Assembly: GCA_017629215.1 (NCBI GenBank)
Contig: JAGBXP010000046.1
Coordinates: 199 to 64,198 of the forward strand
Source: a bacterium
GTDB taxonomy: Bacteria; Cyanobacteriota; Vampirovibrionia; Gastranaerophilales; Gastranaerophilaceae
Length of the DNA: 64,000 nt
Direction: 5' to 3'
In this document: piece by piece, positions 6,437 through 15,675 of the stretch
Layout: every line of letters begins with the position of its first letter
Position numbering within the stretch: the first letter of the stretch is position 1
Position numbers and translations under genes: made by a program
The notes under the pieces: generated by a model
Told to the model about the DNA's origin: nothing
Databases searched by the model: none
What the model saw: only the letters and a program-made list of their open reading frames with translations

Positions 6437-8311
6437 TTATTTAATATTTGAATCCGGAATTAAATTTTTTCTTCTCATAAAAAGAATTCTATCCTGCAAA
6501 TCACTGTCATAAAATCTTGCTTTTTGTTTACTCCACGCTTTAAAATCTGCAATTAAATCGGTATCAGTACAGCTTAAGTTATTACTCAATCTATTTAACC
6601 AAACTGCATACAATGTTGCCACAGATTCACAAAAATCTGAATTTTTGCCTCTAAATAGTTCTAACAGATTATTTATTCCTGTTACTTCTGCACTAAATAC
6701 TTTGTTAAATATTTCAGAAATTTCGTTACTTTTTTCAAGTGGAGTATATTTTGTAACTTCAATATTGTTTTTTTGTTCTTTTCGAATGCTAAACCATTTT
6801 TTATTTTTCAAAATATCTTCTACTTCATATCTTGCTTGTGCATCATGAGGTCCTGCAGCTTCTTGTTTATATTTACCACCAAGATTTATTTTTAAATGTG
6901 TTTCGCAAAAATATATAATTTTTTCTAGCTTTATTGCACCAAAATATTGTTCTTCATACAACTGTGAAATGATTTTTGCACTTAAAATTGCCCTTTTTTC
7001 TTTTAAATCAATAATATTGCTACTCTTATTTAGATATACAGTTAAAAACATTTCCTCAATAGATTTTAATAAACTTAAAGAGTTTTCTTTAACTGAATCA
7101 TTTTTCTTTTTTAAATTTTCTATAAAATCTAATAATTTATTAATTTTATTAACTATACGAAGTTGCTCGGTAAGAGGGGGTAGTGGAACCATAAGTTTAC
7201 TTAAGGATTGTCCATTTACATTTGGCTGTCCTGTTCCCATTGAATATTCTTTTAGTTGTTTCCAATATAAAGGTGATTCCATAAATATTTTTATATATTT
7301 TTCATTGATATTATTGAGAGGAATTGCTCTTATTAAGTATGATGCAAACACAGCGGTTTCTTTTAAATTATCAACAACATATGTTTTACCCATCGTACCC
7401 CCTGTCCGTGCAATTAAAATGTCTCGATTTTGTAACATATATTTTTTTATATTATCATCAGATATTGAACAAAACGGAACGTTATTCCATAATACTTTGT
7501 CATCTTGTATATCTGTAATTCTTAATAATTTCACATTCCCGCTATTTTCTGCTGATGCAGTATACCCATAATGAATTTGTGTGGTTATTGAGCCTAATTT
7601 TGTCCACTCCCAACCTTTTGGCAACTCATACGGAAATTCATCTTCTGTAATCGGTGGCATTGGTCTTTCGTTTTTGAGTTTGCCATCTTTTACTAGTTGT
7701 TCTTTTTCTGCTTTTATTCTTTTTAGGAGTTCTGAGGCAGGTTTATCCGATTGTTTTTGAGGAATTAATATACCCCTAACGGCATCTAACAAAAGAGATT
7801 CTTTTAAACTCTGAATTAACAATTCTTGTTCAAGACATTTTTTATTAATCAAATTATTTTTATATTTTGCCTTTTTAATTTTTTCTACAATTTGCTCTTG
7901 AATATTTATGTTTGGAATTTCTATAATAATAGTTTTTATACTATTAATTGTAAGAGAAACATTTGCTGCACCTTTCATTAGCGGAACGATTTTTGAATCT
8001 TTATAAAAAGATAAATAATAATATAGGAATTCTGCGTTTAACTGCTTTTCATCGTTTGGAATAACAGCTGCAAGTATATTACCAAGTGCAAATTTACCTT
8101 CTTGATAGTGTATTCTTTTTAAACTTGCATGTCCATGTCCAGTCGAAGAGACTAGCGGAATACATACTGCTTTTGTATCAAATTGGTACTCATTGCTGGA
8201 TAGCCTTTCTTCTGCTGTTACAACTAATGGATAATCTCCGGCAATAGCTTTTTTTATTCCGGTAGAACCTTTTATTATTGTGCATACTTCACCAAGTGTA
8301 AATTGTTCCAT
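6437..8311 (-). CDS. hsdS: Type I R-M specificity subunit HsdS with ~200-aa C-terminal extension
   Basis: Two target-recognition domains with conserved spacers ('...LPPLTEQLRIVNKINKLLDFIENL'). 624 aa, longer than a typical ~400-450 aa HsdS. The tail (nt ~6440-7010) carries 'AIKLEKIIYFCETHL...AAGPHD'. Confidence 0.85.
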   Translation of the reverse strand: MEQFTLGEVCTIIKGSTGIKKAIAGDYPLVVTAEERLSSNEYQFDTKAVCIPLVSSTGHGHASLKRIHYQEGKFALGNILAAVIPNDEKQLNAEFLYYYLSFYKDSKIVPLMKGAANVSLTINSIKTIIIEIPNINIQEQIVEKIKKAKYKNNLINKKCLEQELLIQSLKESLLLDAVRGILIPQKQSDKPASELLKRIKAEKEQLVKDGKLKNERPMPPITEDEFPYELPKGWEWTKLGSITTQIHYGYTASAENSGNVKLLRITDIQDDKVLWNNVPFCSISDDNIKKYMLQNRDILIARTGGTMGKTYVVDNLKETAVFASYLIRAIPLNNINEKYIKIFMESPLYWKQLKEYSMGTGQPNVNGQSLSKLMVPLPPLTEQLRIVNKINKLLDFIENLKKKNDSVKENSLSLLKSIEEMFLTVYLNKSSNIIDLKEKRAILSAKIISQLYEEQYFGAIKLEKIIYFCETHLKINLGGKYKQEAAGPHDAQARYEVEDILKNKKWFSIRKEQKNNIEVTKYTPLEKSNEISEIFNKVFSAEVTGINNLLELFRGKNSDFCESVATLYAVWLNRLSNNLSCTDTDLIADFKAWSKQKARFYDSDLQDRILFMRRKNLIPDSNIK

Positions 8312-8312
8312 T

Positions 8313-9740
8313 TTAAACCCTTAATTCTGCTTCTATTGAATCTAAAAGAGTATTAATTTCTTCATAATTATTCCTAAGTTTTTTTATTAATTCTTGTGGA
8401 GATTCTAATATTTTTTCTTCTGAATTATTTGGATTTTTTATATCAAGATTGTAATTATTATTGACAATTTCTTCTACTGATACTTTCCAAGCTACTTCAT
8501 TTTCTACTTTATTTCCCCACCACTTACGTATAGGATCAAATTCTTCATTCCGTATAGGATTTGTTTTTGAATAACTTTTTAGTCCTTCGGGTAATTTATG
8601 TTCATAGAACCAAATATGTTGTGTTGGTTCTCCTTTTTTAAAGAATAATAAATTTGTACCGACTGTAGCATATGGTTTAAAAACGGAATTAGGTAATCTG
8701 ACGATAACTTCAAGATTACAAGTTTTAAGTAATTCCTCTTTTATTCTTGTTTTTACACCTTCTCCAAAAAGTGAACCGTCAGGCAAAACGACACCTGCTC
8801 TGCCTTGATGTTTTAGCATTTTCATTATATAGACCAAGAATAAATCTGCTGTTTCTCGAGTTCTAAAACTTGCAGGAAAATTATTTTCAATTCCTTCTTC
8901 CTCGATACCGCCAAACGGTGGGTTTGTAACGATACAATCAACCCTATCAGCTGGCGAGATATTATTTATCGGTTTAGATAAAGTGTTATCTCGTCTGATA
9001 TTTATTGGTGTATCAATTCCGTGCAATATCATATTAGTTGTGCAAAGTTGGTGCGGAAGTGGCTTCTTTTCAATCCCACAAATGTTTGTGTTTAAGGTTT
9101 CAGCTTCCGCAGATGTTGAAATTTGTTTTTTCAAATGTTCGATTGTGCAAGCCAAAAATCCACCTGTACCACACGCAGGGTCAAGAACTTTTTCGTTTAT
9201 TTTAGGATTAACCATATCAACGATAAATTGAGTTACTGCACGAGGTGTGTAATATTCCCCTGCATTACCTGCTGATTGCAAGCTTTGTAATAGCTGCTCA
9301 TAAATATCATTAAATAGGTGTCTATCTTCGCTTGAATTAAAGTCGATTTCGTTAATTTTATTAATAACTTGGCGAAGCAAAGTACCTGATTTCATGTAAT
9401 TATAAGTATCTTGAAAAATATTTTTAATAATAAAAGCACGTTTATCAGCATCATTTTCAAGGTTTTGCAAATATGGAAATAAATCGTTGTTGATAAAATC
9501 AATCAACTCATCCCCTGTCATACCTTCATCATCTTTTGCCCAAGTTTGCCAGCGATATTTTTCAGCAATTGGTGATTTGTAGTTATCATCAATAATTTCT
9601 GCTTCAACTTCTTTATCTGCAAAAATCTTTAAAAATAACATCCAGACGATTTGAGAAAGTCTTTGTGCATCACCATCAACCCCTGTATCTTTTCTCATTA
9701 TGTCCTGTATCGCTTTTATAACACTTGATATATTTGGCAT
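8313..9740 (-). CDS. hsdM: Type I R-M N6-adenine DNA methyltransferase HsdM
   Basis: 'LDPACGTGGFL' (SAM motif I) and 'TNPPFGG' (motif IV). HsdM N-terminal domain. Stop lies 1 nt from the hsdS start. Confidence 0.93.
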   Translation of the reverse strand: MPNISSVIKAIQDIMRKDTGVDGDAQRLSQIVWMLFLKIFADKEVEAEIIDDNYKSPIAEKYRWQTWAKDDEGMTGDELIDFINNDLFPYLQNLENDADKRAFIIKNIFQDTYNYMKSGTLLRQVINKINEIDFNSSEDRHLFNDIYEQLLQSLQSAGNAGEYYTPRAVTQFIVDMVNPKINEKVLDPACGTGGFLACTIEHLKKQISTSAEAETLNTNICGIEKKPLPHQLCTTNMILHGIDTPINIRRDNTLSKPINNISPADRVDCIVTNPPFGGIEEEGIENNFPASFRTRETADLFLVYIMKMLKHQGRAGVVLPDGSLFGEGVKTRIKEELLKTCNLEVIVRLPNSVFKPYATVGTNLLFFKKGEPTQHIWFYEHKLPEGLKSYSKTNPIRNEEFDPIRKWWGNKVENEVAWKVSVEEIVNNNYNLDIKNPNNSEEKILESPQELIKKLRNNYEEINTLLDSIEAELRV

Positions 9741-9753
9741 TTATATTCTCCAA

Positions 9754-10359
9754 TTATTTTAATAGTTTTTTATTTAATTCTTTAAAAGTTTTTATCAGTT
9801 TAGTTAATGCTTCTCTATTTGTTATAGCTATAGACTTTAACTCTTTAACATTTTCAGATAAAACAGGGTCTAAACCACCATACATTATATTAGCTTGCGT
9901 ATTTATTTCTGCAACAAACTCTTTTTTAACATTGTTATAATCATAAATTGATATTCTGTATACCTGCATTTTGGCACAAATATCATTCAAAATTTGTTCA
10001 TGTTCCTCATGATCAATCATCCAATTTTTCAAAAGCAGAACACAACTACCAAATTCTTCAGCCATTTCATTATCAATCAGCTTAATTTCATTATTTAAAA
10101 ATGCTCTATCTGTTAAATCTTTTTCTGGTATATTTTTAGATTGTTTTGAATAAACTATTGATTCTAATTCATAAAGTTGAAGTTCTTGAATGTATTTGTT
10201 TAGGCCTTCTAATAAATTAATTAATTTTTGTCTTTTTTGTTGGTTTTTCCAAGAGTCTAGAGCCTTTCCTGCAAAAAACGCCATAAATCCTGTAGCAATC
10301 ATCATAACAAAAGTTGATAATGCAGTTAGTCCGTTAAAAAACAATGTCCAGCCTTCCAT
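9754..10359 (-). CDS. Membrane-anchored hypothetical protein (201 aa) embedded in the Type I R-M operon
   Basis: N-terminal TM helix 'WTLFFNGLTALSTFVMMIATGFMAFFAG' followed by a helical soluble part. Start overlaps the hsdR stop (TAATG). Stop lies 13 nt before hsdM. Confidence 0.65.
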   Translation of the reverse strand: MEGWTLFFNGLTALSTFVMMIATGFMAFFAGKALDSWKNQQKRQKLINLLEGLNKYIQELQLYELESIVYSKQSKNIPEKDLTDRAFLNNEIKLIDNEMAEEFGSCVLLLKNWMIDHEEHEQILNDICAKMQVYRISIYDYNNVKKEFVAEINTQANIMYGGLDPVLSENVKELKSIAITNREALTKLIKTFKELNKKLLK

Positions 10360-12749
10360 TATGCCACCTCGTCATTAAACAATTCTTTTTCAAGTTCTCG
10401 GATTGCTTCTTCGTATCTATCCTTACCACCAAATTCTTTGATAATTTCTACTGGTGTACCAAATTTATCAAACGGTTGAAAACTTAAAATACTACGATTT
10501 TCGATTTCCATAATACCTTCATCAGCAAATTTATCAATCAAGGCATTTAAAATAGCTCTGGCTTTTTCAGAATACTTACCAAAATAATTTCTTTTCTTAA
10601 CCTTTTCAGCTCTTTCTTTTCTTGAAAGCGGTGGCATATCAAAAGTTACGTGACAAATCAAATCAAAAATACTTAAATCCTTGCCTGTTTTCTGTTTGAC
10701 TTCTTCTCTCAACTCTTCAAACAAAATACCTTGTTCTTCCAGTTCTTCAATAATTACAGATTTTTTGTCAGCTTCTGACCATTTTTTGATAAAATCATTC
10801 AATGTCGCAAACTGCTCTTTTAAATTCTTTTTCGTATAATCAACAAGGCTTTCGGTAATTAATTTTCCATCTTTACCATAATACTGAACACGTTCACCAA
10901 CTTGGACAACTTCAACTCCATTTACATAAAATTTTCTTGTCGGAGTTTCAATATCGGTTAAATCAATATCTGGTGGGATATCTACAACTGTTTCTTCTTT
11001 TGAAATTTCATCAATTATATCGATAATTTCTTCTTTTGTTTGTTCATCAGCTGGCATTTCTTCAGTTTCTTTTACTTCTTTTATTTGAACAGGTTCTCCA
11101 TCAAATTCCTTGTCTTCAAATAAACGAGTCACGCCTCTAAAATCCATAATCGTGAAATAATACTTGCCAAAATCTGGTCTCAAACGAGTTCCACGACCAA
11201 TGATTTGTTTAAATTCTGTCATTGAATTAATATTGCTATCAAGAACAATTAGCTTACATGTTTTAGCATCAACGCCAGTTGTCATTAGTTTTGATGTTGT
11301 TGCAATTACAGGATAAGTTGATTCAGGATCTATAAAATTATCTAATTCCATTTTGCCTTCATTATCATCACCAGTAATTTTCATTACATATTTTGAGTTT
11401 TGAGCAACTAAATCAGCATTTTCATTTACCAATGCTTGGCGCATTCTATTTGCATGATCAATATCTACGCAGAAAACAATAGTCTTATCCAATCTATTAT
11501 TTTTCTTTAAATATTCTGTAATTCTCTTTGCAACAAGTTCAGTTCTCTCATCTACAACTATTTTCTTATCAAAATCTTTTGTATTGAATTCTTCATCAGG
11601 GACTTCGTTTCCATATTTATCAATTGTACCTTGAGGTAATTTTAAGCCATCTAAATCAATATTGATTAGCGGTCTAATAACTTTATATGGAGCAAGAAAA
11701 CCATCTTCAATACCTTGTTTTAGTGAATAAGTATAAATTGGTTCACCAAAGTATTCAATATTGGAAACATCTTTTGTCTCTTTTGGTGTTGCAGTTAAAC
11801 CCAAATGAGAAGCTGAACTAAAATAATCAAGGACTTCACGCCAAGCAGAATCTTCTTTAGCACTACCTCTATGACACTCATCAATTACAACTAAATCGAA
11901 AAAATCTGGTGAAAATTGTTTATATGCGTCTTTATCTTCATCATTACCAGTAAGACCTTGATATAAAGCAAGATAGATTTCGTATGATTTATCAATTTGT
12001 CTTTTGGTAATTTTAGTCATTTTATCACCAAAAGGTGCAAAATCTTGAGCTTTTGTTTGATCGATTAAAATATTTCTATCAGCCAAAAATAAAATTCTTT
12101 TCTTTTTACGTGCTTTCCATAATCTCCAAATGATTTGAAAAGCTGTATAAGTTTTACCAGTACCTGTTGCCATTACCAACAAGGTTCTATCTTGACCTTT
12201 TGCAATAGCTTCAACCGCTCTATTTATTGCAATTCTTTGATAATATCTTGGCTCTTTTCCACTTGGATCAATATGATAATTTTGTGTATAAACTGATTCA
12301 ACTTCAACATCTTCGATTTGTTTGTATTTTTTGTATTTATTCCACAACTCTTGTGGACTTGGAAATTTATTTACAGGTAGTTCAATTTCTTTTTTACCAA
12401 GCTCTACAGTTCTATCATGTAATAAAAAAGCATCGCCATTTGAAGAAAAAACAAACGGAATATCCAACGTTTCGGCATATTCAATACCTTGTTGAATACC
12501 TGCTCCAACCGAATGTTTATTGTCTTTAGCCTCAATAATAGCGATAGGAATATTGTTCTTGTAATACAAAATGTAATCAGCGCGCTTTTGTTTTCCTCTT
12601 GAAACAAGCTTGCCTCTTACAATAACTTTACCAGCAGTAAAAGAAACCTCTTCTCTTATTTGTGCATTTCTATCCCAACCAGCTTCTATAATAGCAGGAG
12701 TTATAAATTTTGTACAAATATCTCTTTCTGATAAAGATTTTTTATCCAT
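10359..12749 (-). CDS. hsdR: Type I restriction enzyme R subunit HsdR
   Basis: N-terminal PD-(D/E)xK ('ADYILYY...IAIIEAKD'), SF2 helicase motifs 'MATGTGKTYTAF' and 'VIDECHRGS'. ATG 12749 has a GAGG SD; the tracked start 12773 is a TTG. Confidence 0.93.
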   Translation of the reverse strand: MDKKSLSERDICTKFITPAIIEAGWDRNAQIREEVSFTAGKVIVRGKLVSRGKQKRADYILYYKNNIPIAIIEAKDNKHSVGAGIQQGIEYAETLDIPFVFSSNGDAFLLHDRTVELGKKEIELPVNKFPSPQELWNKYKKYKQIEDVEVESVYTQNYHIDPSGKEPRYYQRIAINRAVEAIAKGQDRTLLVMATGTGKTYTAFQIIWRLWKARKKKRILFLADRNILIDQTKAQDFAPFGDKMTKITKRQIDKSYEIYLALYQGLTGNDEDKDAYKQFSPDFFDLVVIDECHRGSAKEDSAWREVLDYFSSASHLGLTATPKETKDVSNIEYFGEPIYTYSLKQGIEDGFLAPYKVIRPLINIDLDGLKLPQGTIDKYGNEVPDEEFNTKDFDKKIVVDERTELVAKRITEYLKKNNRLDKTIVFCVDIDHANRMRQALVNENADLVAQNSKYVMKITGDDNEGKMELDNFIDPESTYPVIATTSKLMTTGVDAKTCKLIVLDSNINSMTEFKQIIGRGTRLRPDFGKYYFTIMDFRGVTRLFEDKEFDGEPVQIKEVKETEEMPADEQTKEEIIDIIDEISKEETVVDIPPDIDLTDIETPTRKFYVNGVEVVQVGERVQYYGKDGKLITESLVDYTKKNLKEQFATLNDFIKKWSEADKKSVIIEELEEQGILFEELREEVKQKTGKDLSIFDLICHVTFDMPPLSRKERAEKVKKRNYFGKYSEKARAILNALIDKFADEGIMEIENRSILSFQPFDKFGTPVEIIKEFGGKDRYEEAIRELEKELFNDEVA

Positions 12750-12943
12750 GAAGACCTCATACTTCTTGAACAATTATAGCATAAATAATATCTATAGGCT
12801 TTATTGTTTTATTGGGCTGAGACTTTTATCGTATATTCAATATAAATATATTCATATTGTACAAATTCAATTTAACTCAATGCTATAATCATTAATAATA
12901 ATTAATTTTGATAAAATAAAGTTTGGATATTAAAAATTAGAAT

Positions 12944-13531
12944 ATGGATAACAAATACAACGAGGAATATTTGGCACTCGAAAGGTTGAAATTTTACTTT
13001 GGCACTAAGTTACATAATTTTGAAAAAAGAGAAGAGCCAGATTTTGGAAATATAACAGATAATATTGGTTTAGAAATAACACAATCAAACTTTGATGGCG
13101 AACAAATAAAAATCCTTCAAGAAATTCAAGGGAAAAACTATAATTATAATGAAGCTGTTTTGGCTTTAAAAAAATATGATAAAAATGGGAAATTTAAAGG
13201 TGAAATCGGTAGAACAACTCCAAAATCAAACAGTTTTTATTCATCTTTAACAAAAGGTATGGTTGATACTAATATATATTTTGATGCAATTATTAATGTT
13301 ATTGATAAAAAATTAACAAAATTGCAAAAATTTCAAATATTTGAAAGAAATTTTTTATATATTATTGATCATGGTCATATTTTAGAAAATTACGATGTAT
13401 TAGAATACTTATTACCTAATATTATTCGAGTTGAAAGCAATTATAAAATATGTTTTGATGGTTATTTTATTGAGCAATACAACAGAATAATTTATATCAT
13501 AAACCATAATATCAACTATATTAATAAATAA
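12944..13531 (+). CDS. Hypothetical protein (195 aa), possible nuclease-fold motif
   Basis: ORF only. 'EEPDFGNITDNIGLEITQ' loosely resembles a PD..(D/E)xK-type core. No recognisable SD. Confidence 0.4.
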   Translation: MDNKYNEEYLALERLKFYFGTKLHNFEKREEPDFGNITDNIGLEITQSNFDGEQIKILQEIQGKNYNYNEAVLALKKYDKNGKFKGEIGRTTPKSNSFYSSLTKGMVDTNIYFDAIINVIDKKLTKLQKFQIFERNFLYIIDHGHILENYDVLEYLLPNIIRVESNYKICFDGYFIEQYNRIIYIINHNINYINK

Positions 13532-13535
13532 AATT

Positions 13536-14075
13536 TCACAAATAAAAATCCCTATATACTGCATCTATATCTTCCTGCTCGATACCAATGTAGCGGAGGG
13601 TGATTTGGGGAGAGGAATGATTAAAAATCTTTTGCAGCAGCACGACATCGTCATATTTTTGGTAGCAATGGTATCCAAAAGTTTTCCTCAATGTATGTGT
13701 GCCAATTCGTCTTGTTATCCCAACCGCTCTCGCAGCTTTATTTAAAATCTTATATGCTCTGCTCCTTTCCATTCGTCTTCCCTTCTGTGTATAAAACAAT
13801 GGTTGTTCCTCCGGCATTCCCTTGGTAAATTCTTCAATCTCCTGCTTTAACTTATCATTAATCGGAAATACTTTCCGTTTGCCGGTTTTTAGTTCTCTGA
13901 TTTCAATATACTCTTTGTTCCTAACATCCCCGACATTAAGTGCAAGTATATCAGAAATCCTCAGTCCGCTATTTATCCCAAAGCTGAAGAGCAAGGCGTT
14001 CCTTGGCTTTTTCGCCAAGAACTCTTTCATTTTTCTAATATCTTCAAGGCTTTTTATTGGGTCAACAGCATTCAT
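13536..14075 (-). CDS. Minimal tyrosine recombinase (catalytic domain only, 179 aa)
   Basis: 'GLRISDILAL' (Arg), 'HTLRKTFGYH' (HxxR) and 'SPQITLRYI' (Tyr). No N-terminal core-binding domain. Confidence 0.8.
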   Translation of the reverse strand: MNAVDPIKSLEDIRKMKEFLAKKPRNALLFSFGINSGLRISDILALNVGDVRNKEYIEIRELKTGKRKVFPINDKLKQEIEEFTKGMPEEQPLFYTQKGRRMERSRAYKILNKAARAVGITRRIGTHTLRKTFGYHCYQKYDDVVLLQKIFNHSSPQITLRYIGIEQEDIDAVYRDFYL

Positions 14076-14090
14076 CTACAAACCTTTCGA

Positions 14091-14128
14091 GCAACATACA
14101 TCACTCAAAAGCAAGAGAAAGTAAAGTG
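14091..14128. repeat. Junction repeat (38 nt), copy 1: GCAACATACATCACTCAAAAGCAAGAGAAAGTAAAGTG
   Basis: 35/38 identical to 16454..16491. Lies 16 nt upstream of the recombinase start codon. Weaker relatives at 4292-4304 and 3932-3968. Confidence 0.85.
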
Positions 14129-14313
14129 TTAGAATAAATAGTACCGTTCGGGAATAATTGTGAGTTTTATATTGAAAAGCAAGTAAAATATTACCGTACG
14201 GTTATAAACACGTTTAAAAGGGGTTTTTAGGTTTAGATGTAAAAATATCTTAATAATATTTCTGTAACCTAAAAATAAATATATAATATAAAAAAATACA
14301 AAAGAGGTAACAA

Positions 14314-14787
14314 ATGCCAATTTTAGTAAATAAACTAATTATACCTGAACTTGGGGTTGAAATGGATATTGATTTAAATGCTACAGTTATTCATAAAGGT
14401 TCATCTTTTAATAATTATAGTGTTGAGGCATATTATCATAATGTAATAAAACCTAATTTAAAAGATTTTTATGAAGACGAACTAAATACAAGAAAAGTGC
14501 TTAATGCTTGTATCACATTATACCATCTTGTAGATTGGTATACCCCAGAAAATAAAGCAAAGAAAAAAGAGTTATATTCTAAAATCCCATTTAATGAGAT
14601 TTTAGAAAGTATTGCAAATGGCACAAAACATTGCAATAAAGAGAAAAAATACCAAACTGGTAAAAAAGAGGGATCGTATATTCCGACAAAACTAATAGTT
14701 AATGATGGCAAAAACACCTATGCATTAATTGATGTTTTAAAAGAAATTGAAATATTTTGGGATGCTGAATTAAAAAATAAAAAATAA
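14314..14787 (+). CDS. Hypothetical protein (157 aa)
   Basis: AGAGGT SD before the ATG. No recognisable motif. Confidence 0.5.
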   Translation: MPILVNKLIIPELGVEMDIDLNATVIHKGSSFNNYSVEAYYHNVIKPNLKDFYEDELNTRKVLNACITLYHLVDWYTPENKAKKKELYSKIPFNEILESIANGTKHCNKEKKYQTGKKEGSYIPTKLIVNDGKNTYALIDVLKEIEIFWDAELKNKK

Positions 14788-14806
14788 AACATCTATTTAA
14801 AAAATC

Positions 14807-15100
14807 TTAAACAAATTTTCTATACCTAAAATCTTGTGCGTATTTTTCCATCAATTCCAAAACTGTTTGTGCAAATTCTGTTTTAGCTTCAAAATTCTTA
14901 AGTTCGTTTAAGCTAATAATATTATTACCATCTGCATCAGCAGCTTTAATATCGTCAAGGTTATTCATAAATTCTTCTGAAAATTGATTCGTTGGGGTTG
15001 AACTTTCAACTGTTAAACCATTTTCTGAAGTTTTATTTAACGGCATTATTATGTATGGATTGTTGTTATAACCCATATTCATTGGAATACTTGAAACCAT
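14807..15100 (-). CDS. Small EF-hand-like protein (97 aa)
   Basis: GGAGGAAGG SD. 'DADGNNIISLNE' fits the 12-residue EF-hand / dockerin-type Ca-binding loop. Confidence 0.5.
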   Translation of the reverse strand: MVSSIPMNMGYNNNPYIIMPLNKTSENGLTVESSTPTNQFSEEFMNNLDDIKAADADGNNIISLNELKNFEAKTEFAQTVLELMEKYAQDFRYRKFV

Positions 15101-15217
15101 CTTAACCTTCCTCCAAGGTACATGATAAAGGTTTTAGATGGGCATTTGTATCGTATAAATAAATTAAATTTAAACTGATTTTGCAAAAGGGTGTAAATAA
15201 ATGTGTTTAAAAAAGAA

Positions 15218-15667
15218 TTATGCTTTTAGAAATTCAATCACTTCGTCGACGTGACCTTTGACTTTTACTTTGCGCCATTCTTTAATAATATTCAAGTTTT
15301 CATCTAGCACAAAAGTTGAGCGTTCAATACCCATATATTTTCTGCCATACATAGATTTCTCAACCCAAACATTAAATGTTTCTGCAAGTTTGTGTTCTGG
15401 GTCAGAAAGCAAAATGAAATTAAGACTTTGTTTTTCTTTAAATTTCAAGTGGCTTTTAATGCTATCAGGGCTAACACCGATTACTGTTGCAAAATTCGTC
15501 AATCTGTTTATATTATCTCTAAAATCGCACGCTTCTTGAGTGCAACCTGAAGTATTATCTTTTGGATAAAAGTACAAAATAACTTTTTGTCCCTTAAAAT
15601 CATTTAAAGAATATTCTTTTTCTATGCCATCAGTATCAATGCCTTGTAGTTTTATTTCTTTCATCAC
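15218..15667 (-). CDS. bcp: Thiol peroxidase / peroxiredoxin Bcp
   Basis: 'YFYPKDNTSGCTQEACDFRD' is the peroxiredoxin (BCP/PrxQ) active-site pattern. Confidence 0.88.
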   Translation of the reverse strand: MMKEIKLQGIDTDGIEKEYSLNDFKGQKVILYFYPKDNTSGCTQEACDFRDNINRLTNFATVIGVSPDSIKSHLKFKEKQSLNFILLSDPEHKLAETFNVWVEKSMYGRKYMGIERSTFVLDENLNIIKEWRKVKVKGHVDEVIEFLKA

Positions 15668-15675
15668 ATATATCC

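Noticed and set aside
6645-7571. Plus-strand ORFs 6645..6848, 6969..7571 and 7324..7518. Similar antisense ORFs lie inside hsdM, hsdR, clpB, the GH13 gene, adhE, ftsH, folD/cooC and rpoC (for example 8983..9231, 12227..12529, 56267..56632, 60094..60489, 63628..63843).
   Set aside because: All lie entirely antisense to long, motif-supported genes. Their composition is hydrophobic and low-complexity, as expected for shadow frames in AT-rich DNA, and they lack SD sequences.
6437-14075. Phase-variable Type I system (hsdS shufflon driven by the nearby tyrosine recombinase).
   Set aside because: Only one hsdS is present. I found no silent or partial hsdS copies, and no inverted repeats within hsdS.
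14129-14320. ORF 14129..14320 (minus) and ORF 35946..36161 (plus).
   Set aside because: The first covers the junction-repeat / TTTAAA region. The second is antisense to the adaptor gene's 3' end. Neither has translation signals.
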